Below, one piece after another: positions 1 through 9,507 of a stretch of DNA of 64,000 bases (position 1 is the stretch's first letter; the number at the start of each line of letters is the position of its first letter). The stretch covers positions 1,391,275-1,455,274 of the forward strand of contig MU004234.1 in NCBI GenBank assembly GCA_010405405.1. Reading direction: 5' to 3'. The notes below the pieces were generated by a model. It was not told the origin of the DNA. It saw nothing but the letters and a program-made list of their open reading frames with translations, and searched no databases. The translations under genes and the position numbers were made by a program. The stretch comes from Microthyrium microscopicum. Lineage: Eukaryota.

Positions 1-354
1 TCTACTTCAATTCCTTCCTTTTCAATTGAAAAGCTTGTTATTAGAGAATCACTAATCGTCAAAATGGATGGAAAAGATTCAGCCGGTGACCCCTTTCCAC
101 CCCGCCTCAAGGACAACATAACATTCCAAGAACTACACGAGGCTCGTTTGAAGAAGAAAAATGAACTAGTCAAGATGAAAGAAGTTCTTGAAGGCGAAGC
201 TGGAATCAAGGCGATGTATGGCAAGCTCGAGAAGATCGAGGCCAATGTGGATGCATCATCCGATTAGAAGTCGAATGTGGAACACATGAAGAAAGTCCTT
301 GATCATCACCTTCCTCTCAACAAATCCGAGCCATTGGATGGTAATCCTGCTGCT

Positions 355-765
355 CTGACTGAAAAGATTGGTTCTATGCAGCAATCAGTCAACACACTCT
401 CTGGACATGTCGGCTCCATCCAAGGGCTTTCTAGCAATGTTGGTTTCATGCAGCAATCGATTAACACCTTCTCTGGAAATATCAGCTCCATGCAAGCATC
501 AATCGATACCGTCTCTGGTCATGTCAGCTCCATGAAAGCATCAGTCGACAACATCTCTGGAAACGTTGGCTCAATCGAAGAACTTTCTGGAAAGATTGGT
601 ACCATGCAAGCATCGGTGAAAACCGTCTCTGAACATATCAGCTCAATCCAAGGGCTCTCTAGCAACATTGGCTCCATGCAAGCTTCAGGCAATACCATCT
701 CTGGACACATTAGCTCAATCCAACAGCTTTCTAGCAATGTTGCTTCCATGCAGCAATCAGTTGAT
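355..765 (+). repeat. Coding tandem repeats of 14-aa and 10-aa units (SSNIGSMQASxxTxSGH / ISSIQGL)
   Basis: Recurrent atgca(g/a)caatc/atgcaagca and tctctgg motifs; heptad-like hydrophobic spacing in the translation. Confidence 0.8.
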
Positions 766-1235
766 CAGTCAAACGCTGGGGTTGATCAGTTTGCTGGAGT
801 TCTTGATGACGTTTGGGATAGCATGCAAAAATGCTTGGACAAAGTAAGACTCCTTCGTGACAGCGCGGGTTGACTTCTCATACTGACAAAATCCAGGTTG
901 CTGTTGAGGGACTGGAAAGTTTTGCGGAGCTCATCAAGCAAAAAATGATGATACGAGATCAGAACATGGTGAATAGGATCGTTGATAAGCAAAAGAAATC
1001 CAATGAGGAACAATTCGAGGTAATATCTTTGCTCTACATTACATTGCCAAATACTAATGACTTAAAGACCCTCAAAAGCGCCATCAGTTCCAGCATTCAA
1101 GGACAAATGGGAACGATTCGAAATGATGTGGATGCCCAAATTCAGCGTCTTGGATCTGCCACCTCCGCTCATATTACGTCCTTGAAAAACTCTATGCAGA
1201 GCGAGCTCGCGGCCAAGATCAAAATGTTTGACGAA

Positions 1236-1752
1236 GCCGTCCGCAGCGAGGTTGCTACCCAGATCAAAATCGTTAACGATGCTGCCTCCCTACGAATCAA
1301 AAATTTTGAGGATACCGCCGCTGCTGAGATCAAAACGTCTAACGATGCTGCGTCCGCCAGACTCAACAGCTTTAAGCAGGCCGCCCGTAGCGAGGTCAAC
1401 AACCAGATCAAGATGTCTGACGACGCTGCGTCTGCCAGACTCAACAGCTTTGAGCAGGCCCCCCGTAGCGAGGTCAACAACCAGATCAAAATCTTTGACG
1501 CCGCTGCGTCTGCCAGACTCAATAGATTCGAGGAAGCCGCCCGTAGCGAGGTCATTACCCAGATCAAAATCTTTGACGCCGCCGCCTCCGCCCAACTCAT
1601 TAGATTCGAGCAGGCCGCCCGTAGCGAGGTCAACAACCAGATCAAAATCTTTGACGCCGCTGCGTCTGCCAGACTCAACAGCTTTGAGCAGGCCCCCCGT
1701 AGCGAGGTCAACAACCAGATCAAAATCTTTGACGCCGCTGCCTCCGCCCAAA
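1236..1752 (+). repeat. Coding 78-bp (26-aa) tandem repeat AARSEVNNQIKIFDAAASARLNSFEQ, about 5 near-perfect plus 1-2 degenerate copies
   Basis: cgtagcgaggtca recurs at about 1386, 1464, 1542, 1620 and 1698 (period 78). Confidence 0.95.
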
Positions 1753-3489
1753 TCGTTGAGACTGCCGTCCGAAACGATACCGCTTCTCGTACCAATGTGT
1801 TTGCCACCGCCGCCCCTGCGCAGGCTCCCGAGGTGAACATTCTGGGTGGTGGCAGTGGCACCTATCGGTTCCAGGGCCCTCATGGGCCAGTTGAGGTCCA
1901 TGGTGCGACCTCAGCTGAACATTTCGAGAAGGCCAAGGAATACTTTCTTGGTCTGAAAGCCGAAAAGATCACCCGTTCTTACAAAGGCTGCATCGAGACT
2001 GGCATGGCTGGTCGCAGGTTTGAGGTTAGTGCTCGCGGCGCCAACAAGATCTGCGCCAGGTGCCGCACAAACCAAGTCCCTTGTATGCAGATGGTCTGGG
2101 ATTCCAAAGATTCCAGCACTTCTCTCAATCTACGTTCTTAGAGCTTGATCGAAACTCTGTACTTTAGTTATTACATGTTTTTTTAGGCTCTAAAATCGAA
2201 CGTGATCTCCTATCTGACTCGATGTCTACCATTGACCTCTATGAATGTCCAGCTGAAATCCTTGCTCTCTCTTCAGTTCATGATATGACCATCTTCCCAT
2301 CTTACTGGATGTCTGCCATCGTCCTCTAAACATCAGATTTGTCCATCACTAGCGGTCATGCCTACCTTAAAATCTTTGCTCTATCTCTAATTCACGATTG
2401 AGCCGTTGCTCTGTGTTAGTCGATGTAGTCATTGCCATTGAGTGGACATGCTTGCGATTGCTGGTAAGTGCGACCAAAAAGATGTGGCTGTAAAAGGACA
2501 CACTCCTCTTTATATTTATTGATACTTTCAAAGGGGAGGTTGATAAGAATTGTATCTAGTTTTGGATGGTAAAGCTTTGTATTGGGTCTCAGTTTTCAAA
2601 TATCTTCGCTTAACGAGCTATGGATTGTTGACATCTGTGAACAAAATAGATAGGAGGGTGTATATTTTTACAACCACAGTCTACATCTGGATGTAGAAGC
2701 TCATACTTTCGAGAAACAAAACAATTGCTGGCATGTGTTTTAGGAGGATAACTCTTGAGAAAAGTAGGAACGAAGAATGATGACAAAAAAAAGCATCAAG
2801 CATCGGAGGTCAAATCCTCAATAACGGTAAAAAGCATGAAACACGCCGTCAGTCGACAAGCCAGCGGGACGCAGAAACAAAAGCTTAATTGTAATGTACG
2901 TCGAAACAAAACGTACATGACGCGGATTCATCGGCTTCTAGTGGTGGACAACGAGCTTTCATTGGTTGACTAGAGGTGGAATTGGCTGGAACATGTGCCT
3001 TTTCTAGATCAACAGCCAATGAATGTTCAGCGCTTTTACAGCGGCGCCTACTAAGCATAACACAACTTGCGACACTTCTCACTCTTTTGTAACAGATCCA
3101 TGGGTTCAGAGACAACCAAAAATGATTTTCCACGGATAATGAATGCATCGGGTCTGCGTGCATTACTCATACAAAGACCTAGCCAAGTGTATCTCATAAT
3201 TGATACTCGGCGTCTGCTACGCCCATGATCAAAAAGTGATTGTTGCTGACACTCTCCCCTATATGTTGGTCTTTAGAGCAATCCTCCAATCTTTTCTAGC
3301 TAAGAGAGTCTATATTTCAGCCATCGAAGAGTTGTGTTTATCGATTTAGCGTCTCAGATGTTAAGTATCCAGGTTGTAGTTTGTTGGATTTTCTGAGCAT
3401 CTTAAAAAAATATGAGAAGGGTGAGTCTCAGCGAAGATCACTTGGCGTGTATGCGTGGGTGGCCATTGCGCGCAATCGCATGTTGTATA

Positions 3490-4159
3490 CACCCGCTTGC
3501 GAAAAGTGATGAGCACCGACGGTCCCTAAGGTATGTATGCTAAATTCTACCAATCATACACAGAATAGCCTGGATTTCAAATTGGTTGTCATCAATTTAG
3601 TATTCAAAATACTATGTCTCAAGTCGATTTAATCTATGATTAGTTAAAACTAATTAAATATCCTTAGAAGTAGTAGGAGGGACGGGTGTCTAGATACTTA
3701 TACCTATCTATAAAAAGTAACAAGCACCTAGATACCTCTCCTCCTACTACTTTTTAGGAAATATAATCAGTTTTAATGAATTATATCTTAAATAGCCTTA
3801 AAATAGACTATTCAGAACACTAAGCTAATAGTAACCAGCTTTTAATATAAGCTAATCTACGTGCGATAGGTACAAGTCTGTAAACATTGACATACACCCG
3901 TTTCTAGAAAGTGGTTGCGCGAGTTAACACCCCTCCTTATGTTTCCATGCTAGATTTTGCAAAATCTAACCAATCATAACTTTCGTTTTGAAGTTTGGTA
4001 ACTACTTAAAGCTTCTACCTTTGAAAATGTAGGCTACTTTACGTGTGATTGGTGGTTTGTTAGAAAACTAACATATTGGGGGGTGTCAAAAACGCAACGA
4101 CTTTCTAGAAACGGGTGTACATAGGGGCATCGGCGCTCATCAATTTTCGCAGGCGGGTG
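3490..4159. mobile_element. MITE A: non-autonomous Tc1/mariner-type foldback element containing nested MITE B
   Basis: TA-CACCCGCTTGCGAAAAGTGATGAGCACCGAC at left; reverse complement ...CATCGGCGCTCATCAATTTTCGCAGGCGGGTG-TA at right. TA flanks at 3488-89 and 4160-61. The interior is an imperfect palindrome centred near 3708. Confidence 0.9.
3895..4117. mobile_element. MITE B (223 bp) nested in MITE A
   Basis: TIRs CACCCGTTTCTAGAAAGT(G/C)GTTGCG at both ends; TA duplications at 3893-94 and 4118-19. Confidence 0.92.
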
Positions 4160-4466
4160 TACATTGGCCTATTGAACAAACAGTCCAACAATATTCTTCG
4201 GCATCTGAAACCATACATTTAAGTATAATCTATCTTTCCTGGCCTTTATTGTTGTCCCTTCTTCATCAGGAGTATATAGTAATTGCTATATTGCTCTTGC
4301 CATGAACTCTATTCAAGCCGAAAAGATGAGATAGATATTTGCCCTGTTTGAGATCTAGTTTATGGCGGTAGGAAAGCTGGCCTCAGTCCCTGACTTGGGT
4401 TTGTCAGAAGCCAGAAGGTGTGATTTTTCAAATAACATATCATAATCTTGGTGATACTGTGGCCTA

Positions 4467-4692
4467 CACCCAGATTCGAAAAGTGATGGTCGCCCAGACA
4501 CACCCCTCACTTGTTGTTTTTCAGGAAGTCCATCAAACTCAACCAATTACAGCTCGAATATCCGCAAAGACTTAGTAGCTAGAACGCTAAATCAGCTGAA
4601 ATATAGACCGTTTTAGCCTTGATTGGTCAATCTGTATAAAGATTAGGATACATGGGGGAGGGTCAGCGACCATCACTTTTCGAATCAGGGTG
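4467..4692. mobile_element. MITE C (226 bp), comparatively un-RIPed copy
   Basis: TIRs CACCC(A/T)GATTCGAAAAGTGATGGTCGC; TA at 4465-66 and 4693-94 (the latter shared with element D). Confidence 0.92.
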
Positions 4693-4994
4693 TACACCCC
4701 TTCTCATAATGTGCCGTCTACTGACACCCTCCCCCCCATTATCAAATTTTACACAATTCCACTAATCACACGTAAATTTGCCTATAGATCTAGAAGGTAG
4801 AAAAGCACGCTAATATCTAAGCATTCCAAATATTAAAGCACTAGATTAGTTTTGTTATAATAATCTTAGTGTTTTGGGTACCATTCTAAAGCTCGTATTT
4901 AGCTATTCTTTAGCAGATATTCGTTTAGACATTCCCTAATATTATCTTACCTATTTTACCTATTATTAAATCAATCTTATCCTAAATTATTATT

Positions 4995-6093
4995 ATGGAC
5001 CCTATTTAGTTAGAAATAGCCCAAAATGAAGTAGGCTTAATCCTATCTCGCGCTGGACGCCATATTCTAGACGATAAAAAGCTTGCTATTATTTCCTTCC
5101 TTCAAATAGGCCAAATAGTAACTTTAATCGCTAAATATGTGGGGGTTTCTAGATCTACTGTGAAGTAATATTGCGCGCGTCTTAATGTAGTTACTAGTAA
5201 GTATATCAAACGACTAAAATATACCTATGGTTGAATTCTAATAATATCTGCTTCTATACGCAATTTTATGCTAAAGATCCTAGTACTAAAGGAGACTTAC
5301 TACCTTAATAAAATATCATAATTACTATGGCGCGAGCTTAACGTTTACTATAATGAAGACGTTATTTATAGAGAACTACGATACGTAAATTGGATAAAGA
5401 AGCGAGTAAGATAACTATAACTCCTAGTAATTCCTATGCTAAATAAGCTTCTTCTAGGTTAAAGAGATCGCTTAATAACGCTATAGCCTTTAATGAGACG
5501 CATATTTTAAACGTATAAGTATTTATACTATTAAATAGCTAGTTTTTATAGATAAGAGCGGTAGTAGTGAATTAGATACTTACTATTACTATGGCTAGAG
5601 CCTAGAAGGAATTAATTCTAAGTCTGTAGAGCGACTTAATTATATAAAGAGGTTAAACTTACTTCTAGCCTATACTATTTATAGCCTTCTTACGTATGAT
5701 AAATATGATGTAAATTTAGACTAAGATAAATTTGAATAGTAGTTAGATTAGGTTCTTCTTTCTTAGTATAGCTACTATCCTACTCCTTTTAGTATTATTG
5801 TTATAGATAATACTTCCTTCTATTATAATGGTGAGATTTAAGACATTTTTGATTAGCATAAAGCCCGTTTAGAATATTTACTACTATATTCCTTAGACCT
5901 TAACCTAATTAAGGCCTTATTTAGTAATATTAAGTCTTACTTAAAGCAATATCGTCCTAACTTTAATAGAGCAATAAATCGTAAAGAAAGGTTTTAGCTT
6001 TTTGTTAAGGTTTTTAAACGTAGAATACTTAAGTAAAGAAATAATAAAAAATACGCAAAAAAGTATTTTATATATGCTAGATAGCCTATATAG
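4995..6093 (+). pseudogene. RIP-mutated DD34E (Tc1/IS630, DDE_3-type) transposase
   Basis: ATG 4995; HTH-like segment IAKYVGVSRSTV; intron 5406-5457. Catalytic motifs after reverting RIP: VFID(E)SG (D 5551), V(M)DN(A)SF(HH) (D 5806), (PP)YS(P)DLN(P)I(E) (E codon 5911, now AAG). 34 codons separate the second D and the E. Many TAA/TAG stops derive from CAA/CAG/TGG. Confidence 0.9.
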
Positions 6094-6099
6094 ATAGTA

Positions 6100-7958
6100 T
6101 AATTTTTTTTAGAATTGAATTTAGCTATTTTATTATAGAAATTGTGTAGTAATAAAGTAGAGTTTTAGTAGTAGTCTTTAAGATTGGATACTTTTGCTAA
6201 ATCTTAAGTTATATTATAGTAGATTAAGAATTTAGGGCCCTAACCCTTACTACTTTAGGCTTAGCGGTTACTTATTATAGTTTAGTATATATATAATCTT
6301 AAATTACTAAAGTAAGATTTATATTAACACTAAAGCATTTATTACTTCTAAATACTAATAATACTACAAAACTATAAAAATAACCTAGAAGAACTAAATT
6401 ATATACTTAATGAGCCTATAATATGTCTCTTTATTAAGGACGGGTAGTCTATTGCTATCTATTTATTAGCCTACTACTAGTTAATAGAATCCTATATTTT
6501 AGTTAAAATAAACTTATTTATTAACGTATCCTAAGCATAAAACTAAGTAATCTCTTTCTCTTAAAGATAAAGAGGACGTATAAAACGAACTTATATAATA
6601 ATAATTACTTTTTAAATAGCAATAGTAATAGGATTATTATTACCAATAAGACCCCTAGCGAGCTTCTTTACGATCTAAGGGCTAAAGCTATTTTGCTTAT
6701 TAAAGACGTTAATATAAAAGCATATCTTTAGATATAGGTAATTAAGTGGATCTATTATTGAAGTTAAAGCCACTATAGAAGCTAATATTGTTAGCGCTAT
6801 GCTAATATAGTTATAAATAGTAATTCTAGTAGTAAAATTACTATTTAATTAAATAGGTGGTAGTTAATTAACTTAATTATCTTAAATTATGTTATAAATA
6901 GCTATTAAAGGTATTAAGATATTAATATTTAGAGTTATATCTAATTATTCCTAAGCCTAAGAAGTGAGTAATTCTTTACTTATAGAGTAGTAGTTATGCT
7001 TCTTATTAGTTTAGCAAGTAGCCTTTTTATAGTAACTATAAGTTTGATATCTATAGGCATATTTTAGTATTAACTATAATAGCTTCTCTATTACCTTTGG
7101 TTCTAGAAAACTATCCCTATTGGTAGTATTTTATAAGGGATTTGGATTACTGAGTAGGAGGGCTCTAGTAGGTTTAATTTAGCTGCCTTTAAAGCAACGA
7201 GCCTATAGTTATTATACTATATTAGATGTTGAAGTTAAAGCAATATTATCTATTCTAATAGTAACATTATAAGCGTTAAAGGATAGGACTAGAACTAGTA
7301 TTAGCTAGCAAGCATAATAAATAGTAAACTAGTTGTTAATCTTGTCGTTTAGGGCCTTAAATTGATTAAGATCTTTACTATCGTCTTCTTATAAAGGGTG
7401 TTTGAGCAAAGGATAAGCAAAATTTGGTATAATCCTCCTCGCTATAGCTAACTTTAAAGTAAAGATTAATAGGTCTAATCTAATAGTATATTTAAACTGT
7501 AGATGCTTCTAAAGGGCAAAATATTAATCTTAAAGCTAAATAACCTTAGTATAGGCATACTAAATTATACTAATATAGTAAAGGAATGTTTAATTAAATT
7601 TACCCTTTAAAATAATGCCCTTCCCTTAATATTTAACTAAGTATTTTATAACAATGTTAAAGTCGTCTAGGAGAGGGATTCTAGCGTTCTTAGCCTCTAA
7701 TTAGCTAATTGAATAAACTTTAGAGAATTAAGTTTTTAGTAGATGTTGAATATCGCTTGCTTCGCCCTGAGTGCTTAAAGTAGAAGGGGAATCTTGTAGT
7801 AGTAAAATAGGGTAATCTAGCATTAAAGAGATAAGAGAGCTAATGGTAGTAGTATTAGCTTTAGCTTTGGTAGAGGGCTTTACGACATAGTTACTATATT
7901 AAGTATTAGTTCGTTTAGTAGTAGTATTAATAGATTTATTAGATTTACGACTCGTTAT
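6100..7958 (-). pseudogene. RIP-degraded second (cargo) gene inside element D, convergent with the transposase; product unidentified
   Basis: The minus strand from about 7958 (ATA, probably ATG before RIP) reads as long protein-like stretches (TSRKSNKS..., ARIPLLDDFNIVIKY..., KLARGLIG...) broken mostly by TAA/TAG stops that revert to CAA/CAG/TGG. Boundaries are approximate. Confidence 0.55.
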
Positions 7959-8406
7959 AGCGACGGTAAGGTTAAATTGCAATTAAATTATGTAAAGAAT
8001 TAAGGAAGTTGAAGTGATAGTAGATTATGAAGAATACGCAGTACTTTACTACTAAGATAAAGCATATTTTGCGTATATTTAGCTTTAGTAATACCTAAGA
8101 TAACTTAGATAAGTACGGTAAACGACTATATAGTAATATCTAGTACACTAGAAGAAGCTAATTACTATGGTTATTGTTATATAATAAAACACCAAGATTT
8201 GGCTTACCAGCGCTTTAAAACTAATACTAAAATCCTTAGTTAGTCATTAGTGCTAATCATAACTAGAATTTTATAGATCCTAGCTCTACAAGCTATTTCG
8301 CGTGTAATTAGTAGAATCCTAGAAAATCTACAAATTTGATAATAGGGGGGAGGGTGTTAGTGGATGGCACATTATGAGAAGGGGTGTAAGCTCGTTTAGC
8401 TAATTA

Positions 8407-8626
8407 TACCTAGATTTAAAAAGTGATGGTCGCCTAGACATACCCCTCCCTTATTATCTTTTAGGAAGTCTACTAAATTTAACTAACTATAGCTTAAATA
8501 TCTTAAGAAACTTAGCATCTAGAACGCTTAAACAGCTAAAATATAGGCTATTTTAGCAATGATTAGTTAATCTATATTGGTATACATAGGGGAGGGTTAG
8601 CGACCATCACTTTTTGAATCAGGGTG
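8407..8626. mobile_element. MITE E: RIP-mutated copy of MITE C, same orientation
   Basis: Aligns end to end with 4467-4692, with mostly C->T and G->A changes (cacccagattcgaaaa -> tacctagatttaaaaa). TA flanks at 8405-06 and 8627-28. Confidence 0.92.
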
Positions 8627-8657
8627 TAGCAATCATGTTGACACGGAATAGATGATA

Positions 8658-9088
8658 CACTGGTTTGCGAAATGTGGTGCGCTCTCACCCTCCCCCTACT
8701 ATGTGTAAATTGCTAGAATTTTTAGGATCCTACCAATCACACGTAGAATAGCCTGTGGAGTTAGAATATGTGAAACTCTGGTTATTAAGAGTACTATTTA
8801 CTAACTAGGAATTTTAGTGCTGAATTTGATCGTTAGTATACTAAACGTTGGGTGGTTTGTTATGTTCTACCTCCATAGTAACCATAATAATCAGCTTCTT
8901 CTACCAAAATCGTCACACTAAACTTCTATACCGCTTCATAATTTGGAACACTTAATGTAATAGTTAAATATAGCGCGCTTTTTCTACCTCCCGAAGCTGC
9001 AGGCAGTTTTACGTGTGATTGGTGGAATTCTGTTAAAATAAACATAGTAGGGGAAGGGTGAGAGCGCACCACATTTCGCAAACCAGTG
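8658..9088. mobile_element. MITE F (431 bp), internal-deletion derivative of a D-related family
   Basis: TIRs CACTGGTTTGCGAAATGTGGTGCGCTCTCACCCT; TA flanks at 8656-57 and 9089-90. 8700-8905 aligns with the reverse complement of the right subterminal region of D (8150-8340). Confidence 0.92.
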
Positions 9089-9507
9089 TATATAACGAGT
9101 GTGCCTGCTGAGTTTGCCTGACATTGATGAAGTAAACATATCAACTTAAGATCTTGCCTCATTGAGCTTCGTTCTCGATTATTGCCCCGAAGTAAGGCAT
9201 TGGGAAACACCATAGTTGATCAGCCAAAGGAGGACTAAGAAATACCTAATCTAAATCTACTACCATGCTATGTATTTACATTCTCAAATGAAAGCAATTT
9301 CTGTGCTGTCAGTATCAGTTCTTGTCTCCGAACTTCTCAAGCATACTCTTCAGCATCCCCATAGCAGTCTCGCTTTGAATCATAGACTTTACAGCCTCCT
9401 CCCCCCGCGCGACCTGCGCAGCAGCAGACCAACTCCCCCCCCAACAGCCACAGCAAGTTCCGTTCCGGTGCCTTCGTCCATCAACATGACTTCCTCAATA
9501 TATTTCT

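Larger units (their letters stand above)
64..2141 (+). pseudogene. Repeat-rich coiled-coil protein gene with a C-terminal degenerate Zn2Cys6-like motif, interrupted by one in-frame TAG
   Basis: ORFs 64..267 and 277..873 are in one frame, separated only by TAG (265-267). Intron 844-896 (GTAAGA..CTGAC..CAG) joins them in phase to ORF 870..2141, and a second in-frame intron is likely at 1020-1067. C-terminus reads YKGC-x20-CARC-x6-C. Confidence 0.65.
4695..8386 (+). mobile_element. Element D: 3.7-kb RIP-inactivated Tc1/IS630-like DNA transposon
   Basis: TIRs CACCCCTTCTCATAATGTGCC(G/A)TC..CT(G/A)ACACCCTCCCCCC at both ends; TA flanks at 4693-94 and 8387-88. Interior is AT-rich, TpA-rich and CpA-depleted, and contains a transposase relic. 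Confidence 0.93.

Noticed and set aside
1380..1750. CRISPR-like regular repeats
   Set aside because: Contiguous in-frame tandem repeat with no unique spacers, in a eukaryotic gene with no cas genes.
1169..1901. Long overlapping ORFs (1169-1861 -, 1228-1836 +, 1290-1901 -)
   Set aside because: Shadow frames of the 78-bp coding repeat; stop-free only because the unit lacks stops.
6120..6270. Chromodomain at the end of the element D cargo gene
   Set aside because: Only a vague resemblance after liberal de-RIPing; frame and key aromatic residues cannot be established.
8926..9213. ORFs overlapping MITE F/G ends (TGLRNVV peptides)
   Set aside because: Translations of TIR sequence, not genes.
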